Source of the DNA: a virus
Virus record (IMG/VR): IMGVR_UViG_3300042446_001732
Coordinates: 1 to 64,000 of that record
DNA: 64,000 nt
Reading direction: 5' to 3' (one strand)
Shown here: in pieces, positions 1 through 9,100 of the stretch
Layout of the letters: each line of letters begins with the position of its first letter
Position numbering within the stretch: position 1 is the first letter of the stretch
The notes under the pieces: generated by a model
Databases searched by the model: none
What the model was told of the DNA's origin: nothing
The model's input: only the letters and a program-made list of their open reading frames with translations
Position numbers and translations under genes: made by a program

Positions 1-260
1 ATAGGACTTGGATCTTGATCGGGTTACTAGGGTTCCGTTGATATGTGAAGCTTGAGTAGGGGGTACCGGTCAACCGCCTCCGCGTAGGAAACTACAATCT
101 CATTATTATAGATGACTGCTGTCACTCAGATGATGCTTTCAATTCACCGTGCATACGGTGAATTATGACCACAGTATCTAGATGATACTTAGTTCAGCTT
201 CGCTTTAAAAACAATGTGTGAGCGACAGCGAAACACATAGATGTGCGCAGCACATCTTGA
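1..260 (+). ncRNA. Putative structured non-coding RNA region, truncated by the window edge
   Basis: No ORF. Dense hairpins: 59-81, GTAG-GAAA-CTAC 84-95, perfect 10-bp stem 141-164, 214-238 with inner GACA loop, 8-bp stem 239-257. Confidence 0.4.
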
Positions 261-265
261 AAGTG

Positions 266-604
266 TTATAAGTTTTGATCTGGCCAGTCTCTAAACAGTG
301 CATGCTGTATGGTTGAGCAATCAACAAACTGATTGAATGATTTGTGTTTAACTTCAAGTTCGCCCTCTAAGGGTGCAACTCGTTTGAATGCTGAATCCAT
401 CTGAGCCATGCCTGTGAACTCCATTAGTATCATCCATTCAGGCATGTCTGCAATGCTACGGAATCCCATCTTGCAGCGTGTGATTCTGTAACTTTCCATC
501 TTGCCTTCGGAAATCAAATGATCAAAGAAACTTTTCATTCCCGTGACCCATTCAAGATCTGAAATGTCGCCGGCCTTGTTGGCCCAGATTGTATAAATGT
601 CCAT
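266..604 (-). CDS. Hypothetical protein, DUF6614-like
   Basis: 112-aa ORF, last gene of a tightly packed minus-strand operon. YRITRCKMGF..EF..MAQMDSAF resembles DUF6614 (from memory). Confidence 0.6.
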   Translation of the reverse strand: MDIYTIWANKAGDISDLEWVTGMKSFFDHLISEGKMESYRITRCKMGFRSIADMPEWMILMEFTGMAQMDSAFKRVAPLEGELEVKHKSFNQFVDCSTIQHALFRDWPDQNL

Positions 605-607
605 GTG

Positions 608-1042
608 TTACTCCAGTGGTCCTAGTATTTCAAACCCGTCCATGTCGGATTTGTACAAGTGTGCTTGTTCAAGATACAGGTATTGAAACCCACGGGCCTT
701 GTAGATAGCACACTCTGCTTTCATTGTTTCTATGCCCAGTCTCAGCCGGGGCTTGTGATATGTCCATGCAAATTGATCACACAAGGCATTGTGATCGTCG
801 TAGCGGCGGATCAGCGAAAACGCCACCAGACGATCCTCGTTGTAGTAGCCAATCACATCGGTCATTGGGTCTGTGTATCTACTGTCAAATATTGGCATCA
901 CACTAGCAAAGTGTTTGTACTTGCAGTAGTCTCTGTAGATTTGATTTAGCTTCACAATGTCAGGATTGAATAGATATTCCCACTTGACATTGATCTGGTA
1001 ATTGGTTTTGCTCAAGTCTATTCTAGCAAACTGATAGCTCAT
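608..1042 (-). CDS. GNAT-fold protein resembling the Arg/Leu-tRNA-protein transferase C-terminal domain
   Basis: YYNEDRLVAFS...FAWTYHKPRLRLG...ECAIYKARGFQYLYL...YK parallels the ATE_C/Bpt consensus (KLVAV...FYDP..SLG...EI.....G..Y.YLG...YK). Confidence 0.6.
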   Translation of the reverse strand: MSYQFARIDLSKTNYQINVKWEYLFNPDIVKLNQIYRDYCKYKHFASVMPIFDSRYTDPMTDVIGYYNEDRLVAFSLIRRYDDHNALCDQFAWTYHKPRLRLGIETMKAECAIYKARGFQYLYLEQAHLYKSDMDGFEILGPLE

Positions 1043-1545
1043 GATCGGGGGTCCGTTCTGTGATTGAACAATGTTGTTAGATAATCATTGGGCCAGGATT
1101 CGTAAAATCCTTTTGAATGCATTTGTGCTGCTGCTGTGTTCAGTTTGCTGAGACTTTGTAGCATGGCCAAGGCATAGGTGCCTTGATTCATGCTGATGCC
1201 GTTGACAATTTCAGCATCTGCAGGATGATCTTCCAACACCAGTAAATCATTCGCTAACAAAAAATCCTGGTTGGCTTGCTCTAAGCTAGAATGAAACAGA
1301 TCATACTTCCATTCTGCAGGATCATAAGCATAGATTATGACTTCTGCTGTGCCCAAGCCGTCTCTACAACGATTGCGCAGATCAAAATACGGGTCTGAAC
1401 CAATTACAATTTTGACTGTGCCCGACAGTCGTGCTTTTCTAGCAAATGGGCAAGGAGCCCAGTTGCCCAGTGCAGGATGCGGAACTTCTACAAAGTTCTC
1501 TACCCAGTGCAAAATATCTTGGGTAACTTGAGTGGGGTCTAGCAT
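1039..1545 (-). CDS. DUF1415-like protein
   Basis: N-terminal W(VENFV)...CPFA motif plus a central HP motif; 4-nt overlap with the next gene. Confidence 0.55.
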   Translation of the reverse strand: MLDPTQVTQDILHWVENFVEVPHPALGNWAPCPFARKARLSGTVKIVIGSDPYFDLRNRCRDGLGTAEVIIYAYDPAEWKYDLFHSSLEQANQDFLLANDLLVLEDHPADAEIVNGISMNQGTYALAMLQSLSKLNTAAAQMHSKGFYESWPNDYLTTLFNHRTDPRS

Positions 1546-1730
1546 TAGAAAAATGGCAGTTTGCTTTTCTTGGTGGTTTCCAAATTGTCTTTGATAATAG
1601 CCGAAATCATCTTGCGTTCGTTGGGACTCAGTGCCAACACTTGATCATAAGTTATGCCACCACGCATGTACCATGACATTTTTAAACTTTCATTTCGGAT
1701 ACTATCGGCCTCCCGCTCCATGCCGTCCAC
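1545..1730 (-). CDS. gp51-like short ORF; probable -1 frameshift extension of the upstream gp26-like gene
   Basis: Its frame stays open upstream to the T-TTT-TTC heptamer at 1775-1781; LSPNER-type motif. Confidence 0.6.
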   Translation of the reverse strand: MDGMEREADSIRNESLKMSWYMRGGITYDQVLALSPNERKMISAIIKDNLETTKKSKLPFF

Positions 1731-1759
1731 TATGTCGGCAATTTCTTCAGCATTAGATG

Positions 1760-2602
1760 TCAGGAGGCGGGTGCGAAAAAACTTGTCATATCCAAGGTCA
1801 AGGGCTGTTCGTAGACGTTATCGCATTCGGTGCAAGTGATACCAACTGGTTTGATTTCAGAATTTTGACGCAGTTCAATCACACAGTCTCGTATCTTGGT
1901 AAACAAGGCTCGATCGCAGTTTTTCAAAAAATCGTCAATGAATTCAGGCTCACTCACAATAGCACTGGGAGTTCGAATGCTAGCAATGCTCCACTTGAGT
2001 GCTTTGAGCGTGAGCTCAGTTATCTTTTTTAGAACCTCTTGCATTCTAAGAATTTTTTCTTTTTCTTCCATGTCTGCTGTTGGCAACAGTTGCATCATCT
2101 TTTGTTCTTCAAACTGCTCTTGATTGGTTATATTCTGACTTTCGTAGTTCATGGGACGGAATGTAATGGTTAAATCACCATGAACCATGGGCTCATCAAA
2201 GTCAGCACTTTTCAACTGATCCAACACAGTTCGCAGGTCTAACACATAATCATCTTCGTGTGTGCAGTTGGGGCATTTGGTGCCAATTTCAAGTTCATGC
2301 CCGTAGCTGGCAATTCGTATGGCAGTCAAAATTGCATTGAGGTCTGGTTGTGGAATTTTCCAAGCATCCTTGATACTGGGTACACAGCTTTGTATTACAC
2401 TGACCACTGCTTGCCCATTGAATAGGCCGTCGGGAGTTCTGTAGGTGATTTCGTCAATGGCAGTCATGGGCAACACAGGCAATTCTCCATTGCCTGGCAT
2501 GTCCAAGGCCCCTGCAGGCCAGTGCTTGCCGCCAGTAGGCAATCGCAAGTAAATTGCAGGCTGTCTAAAGTATTGTCGCAAAGGGTTAGAAGTCTGGGTC
2601 AT
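1760..2602 (-). CDS. gp26: T4 gp26-like baseplate hub assembly / tail chaperone protein
   Basis: LP.G...V.PMT..DE N-terminus, D..AIL.AIR.AS.G motif, two CxxC pairs, ends SFF; divergent from the tape-measure-like gene. Confidence 0.7.
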   Translation of the reverse strand: MTQTSNPLRQYFRQPAIYLRLPTGGKHWPAGALDMPGNGELPVLPMTAIDEITYRTPDGLFNGQAVVSVIQSCVPSIKDAWKIPQPDLNAILTAIRIASYGHELEIGTKCPNCTHEDDYVLDLRTVLDQLKSADFDEPMVHGDLTITFRPMNYESQNITNQEQFEEQKMMQLLPTADMEEKEKILRMQEVLKKITELTLKALKWSIASIRTPSAIVSEPEFIDDFLKNCDRALFTKIRDCVIELRQNSEIKPVGITCTECDNVYEQPLTLDMTSFFAPAS

Positions 2603-2610
2603 AGAACACC

Positions 2611-2618
2611 TATAAATA
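2611..2618 (+). promoter_or_regulatory. T4-type late promoter TATAAATA
   Basis: Exact T4 late consensus 24 nt upstream of the ATG at 2643. Confidence 0.7.
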
Positions 2619-2624
2619 TACTTC

Positions 2625-2632
2625 TACTTATA
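2625..2632 (-). promoter_or_regulatory. Late promoter variant TATAAGTA for the minus-strand gp26 operon
   Basis: One mismatch to the consensus, in the 40-bp divergent gap; TAAGTA also precedes the ORFs at 11478 and 37551. Confidence 0.5.
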
Positions 2633-2642
2633 GGCAATAAAA

Positions 2643-5522
2643 ATGGCTGAAATAAATCGCGAAGCAGAAGAGTTAGCTAGGATAATGGCGCAGGTCAACC
2701 TGGAGATGAACCGGTACGGGCAGCTGACCAAAGAAACAGCCGACAAGAAAAAAGATCTTGAGTTTCGGGCTGCCACCGGTCTACACAACATTACTGAAGC
2801 GACCGACAAAGGGGCAGACGCTGTAATCAATCTTGGCAAAGCCATGATGGGGGCTGCATCGTCAATGTACCAAGGCAAAAAAGGTGCAGCAGCGTTCAAC
2901 AGCAGTGTTGATTCACTGACCACAGCAGCCAAAGCAGCGGCTGCTGGTCTGCTGCTTCTCGGAGGTCCGTTGGGTTTACTAGCAGCAGCAGTAATGGGTG
3001 GTATAGCCGCTCTGGGTGCGTATACCAAAGCTGCCAACGAAATGGGCGACAAGCTCTACGAAGGATATCAAGGTCTAGCTGAGTCGGGTGCAGCAGCCAG
3101 CGACGGTATGACTGGCCTGTTTGAGGATGCCAAAAAGTTAGGTCTCAGCATGGGCGAGCTTGGCAAGTATACTGAACTGATTGGTGCAAATTCCAAAGAC
3201 TTAGCATTGTTGTCAAGTAGTGTATTTGAAGGCCGCAAACGATTTGCTGACATGGGCAAAGCAATGGAGCCGTTCAAAGAATCGTTGATGAATGCTGGTC
3301 TAAGTCAAGATCAAATTAACGCTGGTAGTATGCAGTATCTGCGTTTGCAAACACGCATTGGTCAGAGTCAAAACAAAACTACAACAGAGTTAGCCGAAGG
3401 AGCTAGAAAATACCTAATAGAACAAGATGCGCTAACCAAACTCACAGGTGCAACTAGAAAAGATAACGAAGCTGCCCTTGAAGAAGCTAGATCTCAACAA
3501 CGTTTTCGTGCCAAATTGGATGCCATGCGATCAAGTGGCGATGCAGGACAAATTGCAGCAGCTGATGAACTGGAAAAAACTTATGTATTATTAAGGTCTC
3601 AAAGCAAACAAGCAGCACAAGGTTTTGGAGACTTAACCACTGGCATGATGAACACTGAAGCAGCACAAAAACTCTCAATGAGCACCAATGCTGAAGCTCA
3701 GCAAGTGGCTGGTAAAATGGTGGCAGGTCAGATAAAAGCAATTGACGGCACTCAGCAGATTGCAAGTGCTGCTGGCCGGGTGACCAAAGATTTCAACATG
3801 CTGTATCAAACAGGTGTTGGTGAAGACTTTTTGTTGCCAATTAAAGAAGGTGCTGAGCTAGGTCTGTTGGCGCAAAAAGACTTAAACAAATCCTACGAAC
3901 AAATTAAAGAAGACCAAAAGAAACAAGGTCAAGAAGGTGGCGCAGCAGCAGACAAACTGGTAGCGGCACAAACTAAACTACGAATAGCACAGCAAGCAGG
4001 CAATGAAGCAACAGAGCGATTTGTGCTTGCAGGTGTTGAACCTGCAACCAAGGCCATGACAATACTGGCAAAAACAACCACGGCTGGTGTTGATAGTCTC
4101 AACAAGCTGTTTGGTATTACTCCGTCTAAGGAAACACCTGGTGCACCTCGTGGGCCCGACCTTACAAAAGCCACAGCTGAACTTGATGCTTCAACTGAAA
4201 AAGCCAAGTTGGCCAATGAACGAGCAGCAGCAGCAGAAAAAGATGCTAATTTAACACGAGCAGAAAAAGACAGAGTCAAAAAAGAAGCTCGTGAATCTGA
4301 AGCAGCAGTTATGCAAGACGTTTTTAAACAACGAGAAGCACAACTGAGAGAACAAAATGCACGAAGAGCAGCTCGACGAGCAGGCACTGCTGCACCAGCA
4401 GGTGGGGGAGCAGCGCCAGCAGCAGGCGGAGCAGCACCAGCAGCAGGTGGCGGAGCAGCACCAGCAGCAGCGGGTGGTGGAGCAGCAGCACCAGCAGCAC
4501 CAGTGCCAACTGGTCCGTCTGGAACACAAGGGGAAGCAGCAACACCGGTTGCTCCCAAGGCAGCTCAAGTTTTATCTTTTGGTTCTGGTTCAGGTAGTCA
4601 ACAAAATTTTGCTGGACTCGACGACAGATTAGAAAGTGCAGTAACCAAAGCTGCTGAACAGTACAATGCAACCACAGGCAAAAAAATACAAATCAACAGC
4701 GCAAAAAGAGATCCTGAAAAACAAAAAGAACTGTACGATGCCTGGATTGCTGGGGGCAAACAAGGAATGCCAGTTGCTGCTCCAGGCACTAGCTTGCATG
4801 AAAAAGGATTAGCGGTAGACATACAAAACTACAACGATCCATCTGCAGTGGCAGCAATGAATCAGCAAGGGTTAAAACAAAAAGTACCCAACGATCCTGT
4901 GCATTTTAGCTTTGACGGTGGTGGTGTAATCAAAGGACCAGAGACTGGATACAAGCCCAATCTTACTCTACACGGGGAAGAAGCTTTTATACCTTTAAAA
5001 GACGGTGCTGTGCCTGTTAGTTTGAACTTGAAAGACGCACTGTCAGGCCCAACATTTGCTGGAATGAACGAGTATGCAGGTTACAATATGGGACCAATTA
5101 CCACCGACATTGATGCTGTTAAAAAACTTGCGGAAGCAGTTGGGGCATTTGACAAAACCAGTCAAATAATTACAGATCCTGCTACCTGGAAACAAATTCT
5201 ATCGTCTGGCTTGGCCACAAACTATAACTTGGTCAATGCTGAGTTGGGTACCAAGAGTTTGCCAGGACTAGACCAAGACATGGCTGACCGACTGAAAGAA
5301 ATTAAAGAACAAGGCAATACCACAACAGAAGCAGCACTCAAACAGGTTGGTGAAGAACTTAAAATAGCCTTGAGCAGCATGGCAGAGAAGTATGCTGTGG
5401 CGATGACCAGTCAAGCCCTGTCGATTAACCCATCTGAAATAACACCCCTGTTGCAAGAACTTGTATCTGCTACCAAAAACGGCGTGGATGTACAGCAAAA
5501 GATACTGGCAACCAACTACTAA
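2643..5522 (+). CDS. Tape-measure-like tail protein with an M15 (VanY-type) Zn-peptidase domain
   Basis: Long Ala/Gln/Lys helical region, hydrophobic Gly/Ala segment, Ala/Pro/Gly linker, then INSAKR...SLHEKGLAVD...DPVHF (SxHxxGxAxD..H). Confidence 0.75.
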   Translation: MAEINREAEELARIMAQVNLEMNRYGQLTKETADKKKDLEFRAATGLHNITEATDKGADAVINLGKAMMGAASSMYQGKKGAAAFNSSVDSLTTAAKAAAAGLLLLGGPLGLLAAAVMGGIAALGAYTKAANEMGDKLYEGYQGLAESGAAASDGMTGLFEDAKKLGLSMGELGKYTELIGANSKDLALLSSSVFEGRKRFADMGKAMEPFKESLMNAGLSQDQINAGSMQYLRLQTRIGQSQNKTTTELAEGARKYLIEQDALTKLTGATRKDNEAALEEARSQQRFRAKLDAMRSSGDAGQIAAADELEKTYVLLRSQSKQAAQGFGDLTTGMMNTEAAQKLSMSTNAEAQQVAGKMVAGQIKAIDGTQQIASAAGRVTKDFNMLYQTGVGEDFLLPIKEGAELGLLAQKDLNKSYEQIKEDQKKQGQEGGAAADKLVAAQTKLRIAQQAGNEATERFVLAGVEPATKAMTILAKTTTAGVDSLNKLFGITPSKETPGAPRGPDLTKATAELDASTEKAKLANERAAAAEKDANLTRAEKDRVKKEARESEAAVMQDVFKQREAQLREQNARRAARRAGTAAPAGGGAAPAAGGAAPAAGGGAAPAAAGGGAAAPAAPVPTGPSGTQGEAATPVAPKAAQVLSFGSGSGSQQNFAGLDDRLESAVTKAAEQYNATTGKKIQINSAKRDPEKQKELYDAWIAGGKQGMPVAAPGTSLHEKGLAVDIQNYNDPSAVAAMNQQGLKQKVPNDPVHFSFDGGGVIKGPETGYKPNLTLHGEEAFIPLKDGAVPVSLNLKDALSGPTFAGMNEYAGYNMGPITTDIDAVKKLAEAVGAFDKTSQIITDPATWKQILSSGLATNYNLVNAELGTKSLPGLDQDMADRLKEIKEQGNTTTEAALKQVGEELKIALSSMAEKYAVAMTSQALSINPSEITPLLQELVSATKNGVDVQQKILATNY
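4381..4505 (+). repeat. Imperfect in-frame GCAGCACCAGCAGCAGGYGG repeats encoding a GGAAPAA linker
   Basis: Four to five degenerate copies visible in DNA and protein. Confidence 0.8.
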
Positions 5523-5540
5523 CACGGTAAATAACTCACT

Positions 5541-7310
5541 ATGGCAGAACAACAAAGTTGGAAAAAATATTTCAAAGTGGCAGACACGTCTGGCCAGCTG
5601 AGCCCTATATCGGGAAAAAATCAGTTTGGCTTGAACGGCTATCCCAGAAACGACGGCAACAGCTCAGGAGCACAAGCAGACTTTGTGTTTCGCAACTATG
5701 CCAGTCGATTGCCAGAAGTATATTCAGGACACCCCAACCGTATTGAGCGTTACAACCAGTACGAAAACATGGACATGGATTCAGAAATCAATGCATGCCT
5801 GGACATCATTGCTGAGTTCAGCACACAGCCCAATCAGTCAAATGGCACACCTTTTGAAGTGGACTACAAAGACAAGCCCACTGATCACGAAGTGGACATC
5901 ATTCGCAAGCAATTGCAGCAATGGGTCAAGCTCAACAAGCTGGGTCAACGCATTTTCAAACTGTTTCGTAACTGTATCAAATACGGCGATCAGATTTTTG
6001 TGCGTGATCCAGAAACATTTGAAATGTACTGGGTGGATATGAGCAAGCTGGCTCGAGTCATTGTGAACGAAAGCGAAGGCAAACGTCCTGAACAGTATGT
6101 GATTCGAGACATCAATCCCAACTTTCAGAATCTCAGCGTGGCAGCAAAAACCACCACTGACTACATGACCAACCCGGTGACAGGCAGCATCAGCGGCAGT
6201 TCAAACTACACCATGCCCAACGGTGGATCAGGTGGCGGCACCAACAACAGTCGTTTCATGCAGGCCATGAACGAAGTTTGTATTGATGCCAAGCATGTGG
6301 TACACATGAGTCTCAACGAAGGCTTAGATGTGTTCTGGCCTTTTGGACGCAGTGTGCTGGAACAGATTTTCATGGTGTTCAAACAGAAGCAACTGTTGGA
6401 AGACTCAATTCTAATCTATCGTGTGCAACGTGCTCCAGAACGCAGAATTTTCAAGATTGACGTGGGCAACATGCCCAGCCACTTAGCCATGGCGTTTGTG
6501 GAACGTGTGAAAAATGAAATGCATCAGCGCAGAATCCCCACCATAACAGGCGGCGGTCAAAACATGATGGACAGCAGCTACAACCCACTCAGTGTGGGTG
6601 AAGATTACTTTTTCCCCCAAGGACAAGACGGTCGTGGCAGCAGCGTAGAAACACTGCCTGGCGGACAGAATCTTGGTGAAATTGACGATCTGAAGTATTT
6701 CAACAACAAAATGGCCCGCGGTCTGCGTGTGCCATCCAGCTACTTGCCCACAGGACCCGACGACTCAGATCGTGTGACCAGCGACGGCAAAGTGGGCACT
6801 GCATTGATACAAGAATTCCGCTTTAATCAGTATTGCGAACGTTTGCAGGCCCTGGTGTGCGAAAAGCTAGATGACGAATTCAAGATGTTCTTGAAATGGC
6901 GTGGCTTCAACATTGACGCTGGCCTGTTTAATCTGAAGTTTAATCCTCCACAAAACTTTGCCAGCTACCGCCAAAGTGAACTGGACAACACTCGTATTCA
7001 GGCATTTCAGGGACTAGAGCCACTGCCCTACATGAGCAAGCGATTCATGCTGGAACGCTTCTTGGGATTGACTGAAGAAGAAATCAAACAGAACGAAGAA
7101 ATGTGGCGCGAAGAACGTGACAGCCCTGAAATGCAAACACAATCAGGGCAGGATCTACGAAGTGTGGGCATCACACCAGGCGCTTTGGAAACAGACATCG
7201 CTGCTGGGGAAGAAATGGCTGGAATGACGCCTGAAACTCCAGGTGTGCCAGCCACTACACCAGGCGCAGCAACTCCACCAGCACCCGGCGGCGCAGCCCC
7301 AACAGTATAA
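5541..7310 (+). CDS. gp20: Portal vertex protein
   Basis: LLEDSILIYRVQRAPERRIFKIDVGNMP, EDYFFP, TLPGGQNLGEIDD motifs. Confidence 0.97.
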   Translation: MAEQQSWKKYFKVADTSGQLSPISGKNQFGLNGYPRNDGNSSGAQADFVFRNYASRLPEVYSGHPNRIERYNQYENMDMDSEINACLDIIAEFSTQPNQSNGTPFEVDYKDKPTDHEVDIIRKQLQQWVKLNKLGQRIFKLFRNCIKYGDQIFVRDPETFEMYWVDMSKLARVIVNESEGKRPEQYVIRDINPNFQNLSVAAKTTTDYMTNPVTGSISGSSNYTMPNGGSGGGTNNSRFMQAMNEVCIDAKHVVHMSLNEGLDVFWPFGRSVLEQIFMVFKQKQLLEDSILIYRVQRAPERRIFKIDVGNMPSHLAMAFVERVKNEMHQRRIPTITGGGQNMMDSSYNPLSVGEDYFFPQGQDGRGSSVETLPGGQNLGEIDDLKYFNNKMARGLRVPSSYLPTGPDDSDRVTSDGKVGTALIQEFRFNQYCERLQALVCEKLDDEFKMFLKWRGFNIDAGLFNLKFNPPQNFASYRQSELDNTRIQAFQGLEPLPYMSKRFMLERFLGLTEEEIKQNEEMWREERDSPEMQTQSGQDLRSVGITPGALETDIAAGEEMAGMTPETPGVPATTPGAATPPAPGGAAPTV

Positions 7311-7318
7311 ATACTGGC

Positions 7319-7537
7319 ATGATACTACAAGAATTTTGGTCAAAAGAACCTGAAGCATATCAGGACCTGGCTCAAGACAATAGCCAGCTACAGCTGGGTG
7401 ACCTGCGTAAAACTCATTTGACCCTGCGTCAACTCAGCAAGCTGAGAAAAATGAATGATATCAGAACTGTAGAATACAAAGAAAAACTCAAACTGGTGCG
7501 TCAACAGTATGCACCACCGCCAGCACCAGTAGTCTAA
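7319..7537 (+). CDS. Small head-module protein
   Basis: 72-aa ORF between portal and core genes, with TATAAATA 5 nt upstream. Confidence 0.65.
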   Translation: MILQEFWSKEPEAYQDLAQDNSQLQLGDLRKTHLTLRQLSKLRKMNDIRTVEYKEKLKLVRQQYAPPPAPVV

Positions 7538-7640
7538 TTGTTGCAAGCAATTTGCAATTTATAGTCTTTTTGACTACTTAAAACACCGCTTTTATCTCAC
7601 CTGTGTAAATAACAGCACACTTTACTATAGGAGTTTCCTT

Positions 7641-8441
7641 ATGAACAGATTTGAACAATTGATCGAATACGTGATCAATGATGAAGACAAAAAAGCTCAA
7701 GAGCTTTTCCATGACATCGTAGTGGCCAAAAGCCGTGAGATCTACGAAAGCATGATGGACGAAGAGCAGGCAGAAGAGCTCGACGAAGGCACCGACGACA
7801 TTGAAGAAGGTGCCATGGGCGGTGACGCTGCTGACAGCCTGATTGATGATGTCGAAATGGAAGAAGAATCCGACATCAACATGGAAGGTGAAGAAGATGA
7901 CATGGGCGATGACATGCCTGTAGATGACATGGGCGATGACATGCCTGGTGATGACATGGGCGGATCCAGCGAAACAGCCACCAAAGACGACATCATGAAC
8001 CTGGAAGACAAGCTGGACGAACTCATGGCTCAATTTGAAGACATGATGGGCAACGGCGACGACATGGGTCCTGAAGAAGGCGGCGATGCCATTGAAATGG
8101 ACGACACAGAAGAAATGGACGACCAAATGGGCATGATGGAAGCTCTGCAATTAAAAGCAGCCCCGAAGCCAGTTACTTCTGAAGAAGGCAACACAAACAA
8201 AAAGTCTACTGTAGCTGCCAACTCAGGCGCACGTGGTGCAATGGCCAAACCAGTTCACACTGGTGCCAACGAAGGCGGCCACCATGACACCTCAGCATAT
8301 CGCAACACTACCAAAGACCTTGGTGTTACACCAACACAAGATGCTGGCAAGGGCGCATTTAAAACTGCTGCTCCGAAGCCAACAATGTCACAAGCCAGTG
8401 GCGTAAACAACAAGAGCCCAATACCAAGCGGTAGAGGTTAA
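7641..8441 (+). CDS. Acidic prohead core protein (gp67/68-like position)
   Basis: Very Asp/Glu/Met-rich with DDMGDDMP repeats; AGGAG SD; lies between portal and protease. Confidence 0.65.
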   Translation: MNRFEQLIEYVINDEDKKAQELFHDIVVAKSREIYESMMDEEQAEELDEGTDDIEEGAMGGDAADSLIDDVEMEEESDINMEGEEDDMGDDMPVDDMGDDMPGDDMGGSSETATKDDIMNLEDKLDELMAQFEDMMGNGDDMGPEEGGDAIEMDDTEEMDDQMGMMEALQLKAAPKPVTSEEGNTNKKSTVAANSGARGAMAKPVHTGANEGGHHDTSAYRNTTKDLGVTPTQDAGKGAFKTAAPKPTMSQASGVNNKSPIPSGRG

Positions 8442-8446
8442 TTAAA

Positions 8447-9088
8447 ATGTCGTCAAAGTATCTAAGAGAAGATCTTACATTTAGCCAGGCTCGCATCGAA
8501 GTCATCACTGAAGACGATGCAGCCAGCGGCGGTAAGAACCTCTATCTCAAAGGTATCTGTATTGAAGGCGACAAGCGTAATGCAAATGAGCGTATCTATC
8601 CTCTGCGAGAAATTTCTCGTGCAGTTGACACTATAAATCAACAAATCCGAGAAGGCAATTCCGTCTTGGGCGAAGTTGATCATCCAGATGATCTCAAGAT
8701 CAATCTAGATCGAGTGTGCCACACTGTTGAAAACATGTGGATGGATGGCCACGCTGGTTGCGGAAAGCTGAAAATTTTGCCCACTCCCATGGGTAACTTG
8801 ATAAAGACTCTGTTGACGTCAGGTGTAAAACTTGGCGTATCCAGCCGCGGTAGCGGCAATGTAGACGACAGAACAGGACATGTAAGTGACTTTGAAATAG
8901 TCACTATAGATGTGGTTGCCCAACCCAGCGCACCAAACGCCTATCCCACAGCTATCTATGAAGGCTTGCTCAACATGAAGCATGGTCATAGAGTGTTGGA
9001 GATGGCTCGCGAGTCTGGTCAAGGCGACAAAGTGCAAAGATACCTGAAAGAGGAAGTAAAACGCCTAATCAGGGATCTTAAAATCTAA
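8447..9088 (+). CDS. gp21: Prohead core protease
   Basis: N.N.R.Y, GEVDHP, LGVSSRGSG, D.VAQPSAPNA motifs. Confidence 0.96.
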   Translation: MSSKYLREDLTFSQARIEVITEDDAASGGKNLYLKGICIEGDKRNANERIYPLREISRAVDTINQQIREGNSVLGEVDHPDDLKINLDRVCHTVENMWMDGHAGCGKLKILPTPMGNLIKTLLTSGVKLGVSSRGSGNVDDRTGHVSDFEIVTIDVVAQPSAPNAYPTAIYEGLLNMKHGHRVLEMARESGQGDKVQRYLKEEVKRLIRDLKI

Positions 9089-9100
9089 GGAGAACCAGGC

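Noticed and set aside
3929-4671. Poly-Gln/His and Cys-rich ORFs overlapping the tape-measure-like gene
   Set aside because: They are alternative-frame readings of the GCA/CCA linker repeats.
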